From IMG/VR virus record IMGVR_UViG_3300031993_000003: DNA of 64,000 bases; one strand, 5' to 3'. Source of the DNA: a virus. The notes beneath the pieces were generated by a model. That model was not told where the DNA came from, ran no database searches, and was given only the letters and a program-made list of their open reading frames with translations. Positions within the stretch are counted from its first letter, which is position 1. Each line of letters begins with the position of its first letter. Below are positions 28,778-37,918 of the stretch, piece by piece. The position numbers were made by a program, and so were the translations under genes.

Positions 28778-28978
28778 TTACCTCCCGTCACCAGAGCCGT
28801 AACCGGAACCGTAACCGGAGCAGTCGTCGGAACCGTAGCCGGAGACGGAGCCGATGCAGTAGCCGTACCCGCCGCCGAATCCGCAGTCGTCGGAGGTGCC
28901 GGAGCCGCATCCGTCGCCGGAGCCTTCTCCCCAACAGGTATCTGCCGGTGAGTTCTTGAGGAATTCTTTGAGTTCCAT
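28778..28978 (-). CDS. Gly/Ser/Tyr-rich repeat protein
   Basis: MELKEFLKNSPADT + GxG repeats. Confidence 0.75.
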   Translation of the reverse strand: MELKEFLKNSPADTCWGEGSGDGCGSGTSDDCGFGGGYGYCIGSVSGYGSDDCSGYGSGYGSGDGR

Positions 28979-28992
28979 AGTGTTCCTCCTAT

Positions 28993-29307
28993 CTACACTA
29001 GCGACCAGAAGTTTTCCTCGAGGATTTGCATGGCATCGTCCGGCAGTGGCCGCTGCTGGTTTATGAAGTTGGCTGCGAAGTCCATGAGGATATCGTACTT
29101 GCGCATCTGCTCACGGTGCAAGGACCAGCGGATGCCGTTCCATCTCTGGTGATGCCCGTGCCATATTGTCCAGACGTTGGCACAGGCGGCGTTGTGGAAC
29201 AGGTGGGATTCGGTAATCCTGCCGGAGGCATGCCCGTGCTTTCCCAGGCGGTATCCGGCGCCGGGACGAATCTTCTGGCCACACAGGAAACAGCGGCGCT
29301 GGCTCAT
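28993..29307 (-). CDS. Hypothetical Cys/His protein
   Basis: CFLC...H...C; ATGA coupling. Confidence 0.65.
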   Translation of the reverse strand: MSQRRCFLCGQKIRPGAGYRLGKHGHASGRITESHLFHNAACANVWTIWHGHHQRWNGIRWSLHREQMRKYDILMDFAANFINQQRPLPDDAMQILEENFWSLV

Positions 29308-29465
29308 CCGGCGGACTCCTCGTAGCGCATGGCCTCGTGGGCCTCCTTCCGCTTTATCGAGCGGCGGAGTCTCTTGCGGCCCTTGTTGTGCTTTGGGGTG
29401 GACGGGGCGCGGAAGTGCTCGATGGAGTCGTTCTCGAGCTGTCCCCTGAGAATCTTGTTCGTCAT
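29304..29465 (-). CDS. Small basic protein (53 aa)
   Basis: MTNKILRGQLENDS...; fills the operon gap. Confidence 0.55.
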   Translation of the reverse strand: MTNKILRGQLENDSIEHFRAPSTPKHNKGRKRLRRSIKRKEAHEAMRYEESAG

Positions 29466-29469
29466 GTGG

Positions 29470-29994
29470 TTACTTCATGTAGAGTTCTTCGAGTTCGTCG
29501 GATACTTCCCGGATTGTGTGCCCGGCAATCCATTCTTTCTGGTTGTCGATGAGGTCCCGTACCAGTCCGGACTCTTTGTATGCCTTCATGGAGAAAGTCA
29601 GCTTCCCGTCCAGGCAGTCCAGGACGATGTACTGGTCAATTTCTTCCTTGGTCATACGGTTACACTCCTTTTTAAGATTTCCGGAAAGATAGAGGTTAAC
29701 CAGGTCTATATTGTCGTAGCCAACGGCCCTCCAGTTTTGGACCTGCTCCTCGCCGAATTCTGTACAGATTTTATCGAAGGTTTCATCCCTTTCCCGCGTA
29801 AAGTCGTCGTATTCGGCTGCCGCGACCTTATATTCATCGTTCAGCCGGTCCTTCAGCTCGGCAAGAGAAGTGGTGCCGTAAGCACGCATCAGAGATTCCA
29901 CGGGGTCTACTGAGCGTATTTTGCCAAGAATATTATCCTTCTTGTTGGCCAGTTCTGCTGCTCGGTTATAATAAGTTTCCTTGTTTTCAATCAT
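29470..29994 (-). CDS. Hypothetical protein
   Basis: AAGGAG RBS. Confidence 0.75.
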   Translation of the reverse strand: MIENKETYYNRAAELANKKDNILGKIRSVDPVESLMRAYGTTSLAELKDRLNDEYKVAAAEYDDFTRERDETFDKICTEFGEEQVQNWRAVGYDNIDLVNLYLSGNLKKECNRMTKEEIDQYIVLDCLDGKLTFSMKAYKESGLVRDLIDNQKEWIAGHTIREVSDELEELYMK

Positions 29995-30035
29995 TTCAAT
30001 AAGCTCCTTTTGCTGGTTTTAGGTATTTTCTTCAT

Positions 30036-30368
30036 TTAGTTCCCGCTGCCGCGGCCGTCGCCGGAGCCGCTGCCGTTGCCGGAGCCGTCGCTGTAGCCGT
30101 CGCCGGAGCCGCAGCCGTAGCCGAAGCCGAAGCCGGAGCTGTAGCCGTCGCCGGAGCCGTCGCCGCAGCCGAAGCCGTGACCGTAGCCGGAGCCGAAGCC
30201 GGAGCCGTCGCTGTAGCCGTCGCCGGAGCCGCAGCCGTAGCCGTAGCCGGAGCCGGAGCTGTAGCCGTCGCCGGAGCCGTCGCCGCAGCCGTCGCCGGAG
30301 CCGTCGCCGGAGCCGCTGCCGTTGCCAGTATCTACTGGATGGTTCTTGATAAATTCTTCCAGTTCCAT
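30036..30368 (-). CDS. Gly/Ser-rich repeat protein
   Basis: MELEEFIKNHPVDT + GSGDG repeats. Confidence 0.75.
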   Translation of the reverse strand: MELEEFIKNHPVDTGNGSGSGDGSGDGCGDGSGDGYSSGSGYGYGCGSGDGYSDGSGFGSGYGHGFGCGDGSGDGYSSGFGFGYGCGSGDGYSDGSGNGSGSGDGRGSGN

Positions 30369-30369
30369 G

Positions 30370-30612
30370 TTACCTCCCGGAGCCTTTGCGGTTACCTTTG
30401 CCGGAGCCGGAGCCGTAGCCGGAGCCGTCGCTGTAGCCGGAGCCGTAGCCGGAGCCGTAGCCGGAGCCGTAGCCGGAGCCGTAGCCGGAGCCGTAGCCGG
30501 AGCCGTAGCCGGAGCCGTAGCCGGAGCTGTAGCCGTTGCCGCTGCCGTGTCCGTTGCCGGAGCCGGAAGGCTCCGGGTTGAGAACGAACTGTATGCTACT
30601 TGATTTCATCAC
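30370..30612 (-). CDS. (GYGS)n repeat protein
   Basis: 12-bp tandem repeat ggagccgtagcc. Confidence 0.7.
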   Translation of the reverse strand: MMKSSSIQFVLNPEPSGSGNGHGSGNGYSSGYGSGYGSGYGSGYGSGYGSGYGSGYGSGYSDGSGYGSGSGKGNRKGSGR

Positions 30613-31096
30613 TCAGGCCAAGTTTCTCGATGACCGAGCGGATGATGTCACTGCCGAAGGCGTCCTTCGTCAAGCGGAGGAACTCCTTGGTTGTCATCTT
30701 CCCGTCAAGGTCGACGTTGTGGTCTTTCGCGAAGCTGTCCCGGCCGAACGTGCAGCTTCCGGTGAGGATGCCGTGCCATTCGTAGAAGTCCCTGGTGGGA
30801 TAGGTCCAGTCCCTGTCGAACTTCTTGGTGAACTCGTCAACCTTCCCTTCGGTGTCCATTCCGCCGATAATCTTGCGCTCGAGCTCGCTCGCCGCTTCCC
30901 TCGCCGTCTTACCGTGGGCGAAAAGGCCATGACCCTTCGCGATGTAGCACTCGGAAGTGGTGAGGTCGTTGTTGATTGTGTATCCAGATGCAATGTCGCC
31001 GTGAACGTGGTGAATCACGGTAGGCATGCCGTCGATGTAGTGGACCTGCTCGCCGTTGAATCTGGATATCGTTGATGAAGTTGGTACGTTAACCAT
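30596..31096 (-). CDS. Conserved phage protein (usually fused to a Gly-rich N-terminus)
   Basis: YIDGMPTVI...FAHGKTAREA...WHGILTGSCTFGRDSF motif. Confidence 0.75.
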   Translation of the reverse strand: MVNVPTSSTISRFNGEQVHYIDGMPTVIHHVHGDIASGYTINNDLTTSECYIAKGHGLFAHGKTAREAASELERKIIGGMDTEGKVDEFTKKFDRDWTYPTRDFYEWHGILTGSCTFGRDSFAKDHNVDLDGKMTTKEFLRLTKDAFGSDIIRSVIEKLGLSDEIK

Positions 31097-31099
31097 GCG

Positions 31100-31417
31100 C
31101 TATGCCTTCCATTCGGGTACGCTTTCGATGCTGGCAGCCGCCTTGTCGGTCGTCGGGATAATCTGGCAGATGCCGACGATGGCGATGCTGTCGACCGTGA
31201 CGGTGAACTTGCAGTTGTCCGGACGGTTGGTCCCGGTGGAGGCGATTTCCTCGACAGCGGCGGCGCCTTCCCAGTACCAGAGCTTGCGGGCCTTGGAGAG
31301 CTCGCAGGAGCAGCCGTCGGGAGTAACGGAGTCGAGGGTGCCGAAGAACACGCCGGCGTTGATGGAGCGGACGATGACCTTCTTGCCGATGAGATTGGAG
31401 AAGATGTTTTCTGACAT
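31100..31417 (-). CDS. DUF6948-like phage protein
   Basis: IGKKVIVRSINAGVFFGTL...ARKLWYWEGAA. Confidence 0.75.
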   Translation of the reverse strand: MSENIFSNLIGKKVIVRSINAGVFFGTLDSVTPDGCSCELSKARKLWYWEGAAAVEEIASTGTNRPDNCKFTVTVDSIAIVGICQIIPTTDKAAASIESVPEWKA

Positions 31418-31473
31418 GGTATTGTCCTTTTTGGTTTAGGTTTTTATTGATACTACAAATATAGCAAAAACTG

Positions 31474-31728
31474 CTAGAGGGAAGTTTCCGTGTTTTCCGT
31501 GGAGTTTTCGAGGATGCTGTCGCGGAAGTTGTCGAAGTCCTTGCGTGAGGATACGCGGTACGTAATATCATCGGCGGATGAGCCGCTACTCTGGTAGACT
31601 ATGCGTACCTCGTGCTTCGTGGGTGCGGTGGTAGATACGGTTTCCTTGTATCCGAATGAGGAGATTGTGTCCCTGCGGAAGAACTTCTCCCCCTGGAGAG
31701 TCGTTAGTCTGACGAATTTGCTGTTCAT
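31474..31728 (-). CDS. Hypothetical protein, paralog of 32827-33051
   Basis: FVRL...GEKFFRR..ISSFG...VSTTAPT..EVR.VYQ; likely leaderless. Confidence 0.75.
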   Translation of the reverse strand: MNSKFVRLTTLQGEKFFRRDTISSFGYKETVSTTAPTKHEVRIVYQSSGSSADDITYRVSSRKDFDNFRDSILENSTENTETSL

Positions 31729-31770
31729 GCAATCAAATATAGCAAAAACCGGTATTGGCATAGTGGTTTC

Positions 31771-32043
31771 CTAGTAGTACCATTCATCGGAATTGGGGAG
31801 TTGTGTAAACTTTGTTTTACCTTCGTCGGTCCAGGTGCGGTAGGCGTGTCCGGTGGACCATCGGACTATTCGTTCGTCGGGGAGTGCGTCGGGGCGTGCG
31901 GGAGGTTCCACGTACTGGATGGTGCACCCGTTTCCCGATAGCAGGAAGGCGATTTCGACAATCCGGTTCCTGGAGTCTAGGTACTTGAGGATGGTGTCGT
32001 TGTCGGAGAGTTCTTTGCTGGATATTTCCATTGTGGCTACCAT
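31771..32043 (-). CDS. Hypothetical protein
   Basis: ORF within operon. Confidence 0.7.
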   Translation of the reverse strand: MVATMEISSKELSDNDTILKYLDSRNRIVEIAFLLSGNGCTIQYVEPPARPDALPDERIVRWSTGHAYRTWTDEGKTKFTQLPNSDEWYY

Positions 32044-32139
32044 TTAAGCTTTGCGTGTCCTTGCCGGGGTCCGTAGGAGGCGGAGAAGTTGAAGCCCATG
32101 CGGTGGAATTCTTCGATGACCTTCTGGAATTGGGGGACT

Positions 32140-32227
32140 GTGAACTACCGCCAATCGCATTTAAGCCTCCCCGGGGCTACCGTGGGAGCCTTGCAAGCTG
32201 CCGCCCTTCAGGGCGGCGGTAGTTGAC
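32140..32227. mobile_element. 88-bp non-autonomous IS200/IS605-type mini-element
   Basis: Ends GTGAACTACCGCC...GGCGGTAGTTGAC; hairpin nearly identical to the TnpB element right end at 48422-48454; removal restores the host gene frame. Confidence 0.8.
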
Positions 32228-32814
32228 CCCTTGTACAGCTGGTACTTCTTGCTCAATACGTGGCTTGTCTCGTCGGATAGCGGCTTGAACCAGATGCCTA
32301 CCCTGCACCGTCCCTGTCCGTTCTCGTCGGTAAATTCCGGCGTGAGGTCGGTCTTGCAGGCATCATCGATGAAGCCGTAATCAATACCTTCAACCATACC
32401 GGCCTGCTTGGCAAGGTCCACCACCTTCATCAGGTGGTTCAGGTTCTTGGCCTCGCAGATGGTCTTGGTGAAGATGTCGTTAATGTACCCGTTCCAGACA
32501 TCCTTCGGAATCTCCATCGCCACGGTCACGCTCGGCCTGGAATCCTCCCTCTGCCACTTGAACGAAGTCTCTCCACGCTCATGCGCTTCCTTGGCAGCCT
32601 TGGCCAGTGCCGGATGGCGGTAAAGCATCCAGTAATCCGGGTCGCGCTTGGTCGATACCGGCAGATACTCGAACTCGTTGTCCATGATTCCGCCCATGGA
32701 CGCATACGTCTTGAGCAGGCTAATCCAGTAGCCCTCGGCACAATGTGCGACCATGGCGGCCAGCTTACCCGGAGCCAGGTTCAAATCCTTCCTGATGATA
32801 AAAAGTCTTCTCAT
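32161..32814 (-). CDS. Peptidyl-tRNA hydrolase Pth2-like, C-terminus truncated by mini-element
   Basis: IIRKDLNLAPGKLAAMVAH...FTKTICEA...IDDACKTDL. Confidence 0.8.
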   Translation of the reverse strand: MRRLFIIRKDLNLAPGKLAAMVAHCAEGYWISLLKTYASMGGIMDNEFEYLPVSTKRDPDYWMLYRHPALAKAAKEAHERGETSFKWQREDSRPSVTVAMEIPKDVWNGYINDIFTKTICEAKNLNHLMKVVDLAKQAGMVEGIDYGFIDDACKTDLTPEFTDENGQGRCRVGIWFKPLSDETSHVLSKKYQLYKGSTTAALKGGSLQGSHGSPGEA

Positions 32815-32826
32815 ATTACTTTCTCA

Positions 32827-33051
32827 TTACATAATTGATTTGGTCAGCGGGAATCCATTTATCGTTCCATTCTTTGATATCCGGCGTGACCTGTTGGCGG
32901 AGCTTGTCTGGTAGACGACTCGGACCTCGATTGTGGTGGGTGCGGTGGTGGATACCTTCCGGGTGATGCCGAAGGAGGAGATTGCTGAGCGGCGGAAGAA
33001 CTTCTCGCCGGAGGAGGCGTTGAGCCTGACGAAATCGTTGTTATTGTTCAT
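32827..33051 (-). CDS. Shortened paralog of 31474-31728
   Basis: N-terminal 50 aa homologous, then diverges. Confidence 0.55.
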   Translation of the reverse strand: MNNNNDFVRLNASSGEKFFRRSAISSFGITRKVSTTAPTTIEVRVVYQTSSANRSRRISKNGTINGFPLTKSIM

Positions 33052-33056
33052 GCCAG

Positions 33057-33097
33057 CAAATATAGCAAAAAGTATGGTGGGGAAATTGCTATATTTG
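33057..33097. promoter_or_regulatory. Back-to-back TTGCTATATTTG promoters (extended -10 TGnTATATT)
   Basis: CAAATATAGCAA...TTGCTATATTTG between divergent genes; also 37456-37493, 43385-43423, 52496-52543; single copies near 31456, 31734, 54812, 58525, 62980. Confidence 0.85.
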
Positions 33098-33106
33098 TGG
33101 TCGATA

Positions 33107-33540
33107 TGAGGATACCTGTAGATATTCGGATTTCTGTGTATTGTGGGCTGGTGCTTGGTTTCTCCCGGAGGCTGCTTGGGAGGGTGCTGGAGCCTTCCGG
33201 TGGCAGCCGGGAGTATAAGGATGGGGAATTCCGGCTGTGCATTGGCAGGAAGGATGCCTTCGGTGCCGCCTTCCCCAGTGGTGACATGTACTGGCTGAAG
33301 GGTTTCGGCGGGAGGTGGCAGGTAAAGAGGATGCTGCGGGAGCTGCGGGAGTTCACCCAGGGGAAGCTGCCGTACGGATGGTCGGTGGTCGTGCTGGAGA
33401 AGACGGCGGCGAACCGGGAGATGCTGCGGGAGATGAAGTACTGGTCGATGATACCGGACCGGGAGGTCTGGAATGCTGTCGAGGAAATTGTCGAGGAAAT
33501 AGATGCATGGTGGGAAGTGAACCGCGGGAGGTTCATGTGA
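33107..33540 (+). CDS. AxY-RR leader family protein
   Basis: ISVYCGLVLGFSRRLLGRVLEPSG. Confidence 0.75.
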
Positions 33541-33941
33541 GGGCGGTGTATGTCCTGATAGTGCTGGGTTTCTCCCGGAGGCTTCTGGGGAGGGTGCTGG
33601 TACCTTCCGGTGGCAGCCGGGTGAGGGAGAGGCCGCAGGACCCTCTATACGAGTGCGCCATGTACCTATACGAGGGGAAGGTCAGCTACAGGGTCGGCGG
33701 CACTTTCCTAGTGGGGGGCCGTGCGTCGGTGGAGGTCAACTACAGGGTGAGTGACAGGTACGGGAGTATTGCCAGGTGCTTCGGGTACGAGATAGGCTTC
33801 TACTCGGTGGGCAAGGGGGACCTTAGCGTGGGTTCCCTTCCGGGCGTGACGTCTCCGCGGATGATGGAGTTCCTGAACTCGGCCTACGATTACGTCAAGT
33901 CCATAGTCCCGGAAGGAAGCAGGCACACGGGGTTGCTATGA
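33537..33941 (+). CDS. AxY-RR leader family protein (GTG start); paralog of 37911
   Basis: MRAVYVLIVLGFSRRLLGRVLVPSG; GTGA overlap. Confidence 0.8.
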   Translation: MRAVYVLIVLGFSRRLLGRVLVPSGGSRVRERPQDPLYECAMYLYEGKVSYRVGGTFLVGGRASVEVNYRVSDRYGSIARCFGYEIGFYSVGKGDLSVGSLPGVTSPRMMEFLNSAYDYVKSIVPEGSRHTGLL

Positions 33942-34291
33942 GGGCGGTATACTTGCTGATAGTTCTTGGGTTCCTCCGGAGGCTGCTTAGGAGGGTGCTG
34001 GTACCTTCCGGTAACTACCGGTGGAGGCACGGGGGGTACGTGCTTGGTCTTCAGGTGGATGGGGAGGAGTACGGTATAGTCGGGTTCGGGCGTCAGGCCA
34101 GGGTGGACGCCATGCTACTGGACATGATACCATGTGTCGCTCAGAGTATTCCTTGCGGATGCAGCATAAGCGTCAGCGAGGGTAGGGTTGGGGACATGAG
34201 GACATGGCAGGAGATAGATGATTTCCGTGCGAGGAATGTTGCGAGCGAGATATCGGACTGGTTCGACGCGAACGGGGGGAAGTACCTGTGA
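33938..34291 (+). CDS. AxY-RR leader family protein
   Basis: MRAVYLLIVLGFLRRLLRRVLVPSG. Confidence 0.8.
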   Translation: MRAVYLLIVLGFLRRLLRRVLVPSGNYRWRHGGYVLGLQVDGEEYGIVGFGRQARVDAMLLDMIPCVAQSIPCGCSISVSEGRVGDMRTWQEIDDFRARNVASEISDWFDANGGKYL

Positions 34292-34653
34292 GGGCTGTAT
34301 ATCTGCTGATAGTTTTGGGATTTTTGCGGCGGTTAATGAGGAGGGTGCTGGTGCCTGCCGGGAGGTGCCGGGTGATGAGCCTGGAGCTTGCCGGGAGGGG
34401 GTACGGGCTTGTCGTCGGTGGACCCTGGGAGATACCGGAGGGTAGGATGTGGGCAGTGGAGGGGAACGCCGCGGTATGGAGCGAGGAGCTCCCGGAGGGT
34501 CTCCGCCTGAGGCTGCTGGAGACGGACAGGCCTGTAGGGAGCGTTGTGAGGTTCTGCCGTGATGTTGGCGTGGGGAGTCCGGGAGAGGTGGAGAGCGTAT
34601 GCAGAACGGTGGACTGCTGCATAAGGGACATCCTGGTTGCGAGAGGAATATAA
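34288..34653 (+). CDS. AxY-RR leader family protein
   Basis: MRAVYLLIVLGFLRRLMRRVLVPAG. Confidence 0.8.
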   Translation: MRAVYLLIVLGFLRRLMRRVLVPAGRCRVMSLELAGRGYGLVVGGPWEIPEGRMWAVEGNAAVWSEELPEGLRLRLLETDRPVGSVVRFCRDVGVGSPGEVESVCRTVDCCIRDILVARGI

Positions 34654-34682
34654 ACTGTGGAAAACGGCAGACAGGGTGAAAA

Positions 34683-35462
34683 ATGAATCCAACAAACACT
34701 TTCTTCATTGGCAAGGACGGCATAGTCCAGCTTGACGACGTACTCTGTTCTATGACGGGAAGCTCCCGGGAGGTACCGGGAGGCGGCGGGGATAAGCCTG
34801 AACCGGAACCGGAACCGGAACCGGAACCGGAACCGGAACCGGAACCGGAACCGGAACCGGTCGACCCGAATACGGTTATCATAGGCGGAAGGTCATACCG
34901 GACTACCACCATAGGAAACCAGGTATGGATGGCCGAGAACCTGGACTACAAGTTCGACGGGTGCACGATAGGTGACGAATATGTAGAAAGTAAACCGGGC
35001 GCGTGGTATCTTCATAACGACGAGACGACATATGGTGTAAACGGAAAAAAATACGGCCTATTATATAATGAAGATGCCATGCTGTATTTGGAAGAGCATT
35101 TATCCTCTCTTGGAATACCGGATGGCTGGCATGTTCCTAGCCAATCAGAAATAGAAACTCTTGTCGAAACTGCTGGTGGTGAAGAACTTGCAGGACCTAG
35201 GTTACGAGCTACCACTGAATGGAAACATGCAGACGGTATAGTAAATACTGATGAGTATTCATTTTCATTATTGCCGGGAGGCGCAAAATGGTCCGATAAT
35301 TTCACTGAGGATGGTGAATCCGCATATTTCTGGAGTACTACTATAGACGATTGGGATGGTACATATTATCTATTTGCAACTGTGTATTATGGCGGGGCAG
35401 ACCATGATTGGTATAATGGGTCATATCGTGGGTTTTCCATTCGTCTCGTTAAGGATATGTAA
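34683..35462 (+). CDS. Fibrobacter succinogenes major paralogous domain (FISUMP/Fib_succ_major) protein with (PE)n linker
   Basis: YRTTTIGNQVWMAENLDY...YGLLY...PDGWHVPS..E...FSLLPGG...AYFWS...GFSIRLVKD. Confidence 0.92.
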   Translation: MNPTNTFFIGKDGIVQLDDVLCSMTGSSREVPGGGGDKPEPEPEPEPEPEPEPEPEPEPVDPNTVIIGGRSYRTTTIGNQVWMAENLDYKFDGCTIGDEYVESKPGAWYLHNDETTYGVNGKKYGLLYNEDAMLYLEEHLSSLGIPDGWHVPSQSEIETLVETAGGEELAGPRLRATTEWKHADGIVNTDEYSFSLLPGGAKWSDNFTEDGESAYFWSTTIDDWDGTYYLFATVYYGGADHDWYNGSYRGFSIRLVKDM

Positions 35463-35490
35463 CATCAAGATTAAGTAATAATCCCGGTAC

Positions 35491-35892
35491 CTACCGGTGC
35501 CTCCACCGGTTCATAACCTCGTTTGCCTCTGATGGGTCGGTGGTCACCCTGTTCTGCCCGTGGCTCTCGGCGAAATGGGGTACCTGTGGCCAGTGGTCGA
35601 TGCACCCCATGAAGTCGAATACGGACTTGAACTTGTAGTATGTGGAATGCCCTTTCCAGTCATCTAGGCATTCTATATCAATCCTGCAGCGTACGTACTC
35701 CCGGAGTCTCTTCTTGAACTCCTCGGCCTTCTGCTGTGTGTTGAACGAGCCTACTATTGCCGACTCGTTGGCATATGGGTAGATTGCAATCCACCTCCCG
35801 GGTCTCCTAGGTGCATCCGGGGACATCTTCCTTATGGTCTTCCTGGCGAAATGCAGGAATATGGCGAGGTATGCCGCGTTTCTTAAGGTCAT
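35491..35892 (-). CDS. AxY-RR leader family protein
   Basis: MTLRNAAYLAIFLHFARKTIRKMSP. Confidence 0.75.
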   Translation of the reverse strand: MTLRNAAYLAIFLHFARKTIRKMSPDAPRRPGRWIAIYPYANESAIVGSFNTQQKAEEFKKRLREYVRCRIDIECLDDWKGHSTYYKFKSVFDFMGCIDHWPQVPHFAESHGQNRVTTDPSEANEVMNRWRHR

Positions 35893-36209
35893 TGGTAGAT
35901 GAACTCGTCGTACGTTTCTACGAGTACCAGGTGCCTGTCCGGTGTCAGCTGTATCTTCTCTTGGATTTCCTCCATGACGTTCCTGGTACGTTCCTCTGCG
36001 CCAAGCAGGTATGAGCCCGTATGGTCGGCATGAACGAGGAACACCCCGTCCTTCCCGTGGGCCCTTTCCAGTATGCTGGCGGTGTCTTCGGAGGAGTTCC
36101 GGTAGACCTGTGCGCATATCCCGGAGTGTTCCAGGACGTCTAGCCACCGGTTGAAGCGCCGGCGAGTCTCGCACTCGAAGTTCGGTACTATCATTCGGTG
36201 AGTATGCAT
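35889..36209 (-). CDS. Hypothetical protein
   Basis: Coupled starts and stops. Confidence 0.7.
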   Translation of the reverse strand: MHTHRMIVPNFECETRRRFNRWLDVLEHSGICAQVYRNSSEDTASILERAHGKDGVFLVHADHTGSYLLGAEERTRNVMEEIQEKIQLTPDRHLVLVETYDEFIYQ

Positions 36210-37450
36210 CAGTACCTCGCCGCTTCCATGGGGTCGAGGAACCCGTGTATTCCGGACGAGCACTCGGTGTCGGTTATGTCGAAGGGCAGTTCTGGCCTGG
36301 CGGTCTTGCCGATGCGGTACCTGAACCCGGTGTCGTAGTTGGACCTGAGCGACGCGAACATGGGGAGCTTGATGTCCTGTACGGCGTTCACCTTTCCTTC
36401 ACGGGACTGCAGAATCCTGTACAATGCAACCGGCTTGGCCTCTGATACGCGTACCTTCCTGGAGAACGCGGTGAACCGGGCTTCGGCGGGCGGTGGCACC
36501 TCCATCCTGATTATAACCGGTTCGTCCTTGTGGAACGGGCGTCGCATTATTACCTTCTTGTACAGGGTGGCCTTTCCCTTAGGGAACCCGGTAGACAGGT
36601 AAGTCGAAGTGAGCATGCGGCAGTCTGGGGGGATGCTGTATTCGGCGCACGCCGATACCCTTGCTGCGATTAAGCCTATCGTGGATATCGAGTCGAGCAG
36701 GATTCTGTGCAGGGTAACGTACCTGAATGACAAAGTCTCTATGCTAGAGCACTTTTTTATTTCGAAGTCCGTCACGGACGCGTCTTCGACCAATACGGTT
36801 CCGGGGAGGTTGGATGACACGATTCTCAGGTAGGCGTTCGTGATAGACGACATCGATAGTACCGATGCATGGTAGTTGCCCTGTTCCGGTGTCAGTGTAG
36901 AATTGACTAGCTCCACGCTTCCGGTTACCTTGTGGACGGAAACGTACCTGGCAGATATGCCGTTTAGGCTGACCTTGTAGAAATACTGTATCGACACGCG
37001 CTTGAATTGACAGTCGTTCATGGCCAGCGACGACAGCTTGTCCTTCGTCCCGGACAGCGACAGGCGTCCTCCGTTGCAAGCGGACATGATTATCCCGTAG
37101 CTGTTGTAGTCTTGATTTTCGGTGACAATGAGTACGCAGGTTGGCCCGAATTCGCAGGTTGGCCCGAATTCGCACCCGATGAAAGATGCCTTCCCGGTAA
37201 ACTGGACTGTCCCGGGCGTTATCGAGTTGCCGATGAACTGGCAGTCCACGAATTCCACGTTGCCGACCGGGAGGTTCATTACTGTATATTCAAGGTTGAA
37301 CGTGTATCCTTCGACCCGGTAACTGTACGGGCCTACCTGGGGGAACTCCTTGGCGAAGTCGAACCTGTTGTCGACGGTGATGCTTGTCTTTTTCTTCTTG
37401 CCGGAACTGTTCTTTTTAGTGGCGGGGGTCTGGGGTTTCTTCTTTTTCAT
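36209..37450 (-). CDS. Beta-solenoid protein with C-terminal DUF5758-like domain
   Basis: Repetitive beta-strand core; RKVRVSEA...ECSSGIHGF C-terminus; leaderless start. Confidence 0.7.
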   Translation of the reverse strand: MKKKKPQTPATKKNSSGKKKKTSITVDNRFDFAKEFPQVGPYSYRVEGYTFNLEYTVMNLPVGNVEFVDCQFIGNSITPGTVQFTGKASFIGCEFGPTCEFGPTCVLIVTENQDYNSYGIIMSACNGGRLSLSGTKDKLSSLAMNDCQFKRVSIQYFYKVSLNGISARYVSVHKVTGSVELVNSTLTPEQGNYHASVLSMSSITNAYLRIVSSNLPGTVLVEDASVTDFEIKKCSSIETLSFRYVTLHRILLDSISTIGLIAARVSACAEYSIPPDCRMLTSTYLSTGFPKGKATLYKKVIMRRPFHKDEPVIIRMEVPPPAEARFTAFSRKVRVSEAKPVALYRILQSREGKVNAVQDIKLPMFASLRSNYDTGFRYRIGKTARPELPFDITDTECSSGIHGFLDPMEAARY

Positions 37451-37498
37451 GCCTACAAATATAGCAAAAAGTTTGCACAAATTGCTATATTTGGTGGC

Positions 37499-37918
37499 AT
37501 GCGGATTGCGGTGTACCTTTCCATCATACTCTATTTCCTCAGGAGACTATTCCGGAGGGTTATGGCGCCTGCCCGCAAGGCCAGGCTGAATCCGGGGAAG
37601 AAGTATCCTTGCCACATCAACCTGTTCAAGATAGACGACATGGGGAGGCTGGGGAGGTTCTACCACGTAGGGTCGGAGCTGATGCTCAACGAACGCCTGC
37701 GGAGTGCCGCGGAGGAATACCTGGAGAAGCACTACGATAGAGTGTTTGCCGACAACGGCGGCTGGACTACCGGAATAGGCACCGACGATGCGGACGACGG
37801 GAGCTTCCAGGAACTTCTCGACACGATGTCCGTGGAGCAAAGCGCCAAGTTCTATAAGATGTGCAGGACGATGGTGTTCGACTTAAAGAAGTTCCTGGCG
37901 AGGATGGAAAATGCGTAG
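37499..37918 (+). CDS. AxY-RR leader family protein
   Basis: MRIAVYLSIILYFLRRLFRRVMAPA; ATG 7 nt after the -10. Confidence 0.8.
   Translation: MRIAVYLSIILYFLRRLFRRVMAPARKARLNPGKKYPCHINLFKIDDMGRLGRFYHVGSELMLNERLRSAAEEYLEKHYDRVFADNGGWTTGIGTDDADDGSFQELLDTMSVEQSAKFYKMCRTMVFDLKKFLARMENA

Noticed and set aside
34683-35462. Diversity-generating retroelement target
   Set aside because: No reverse transcriptase and no template repeat differing only at adenines seen in this window; cannot be excluded elsewhere in the genome
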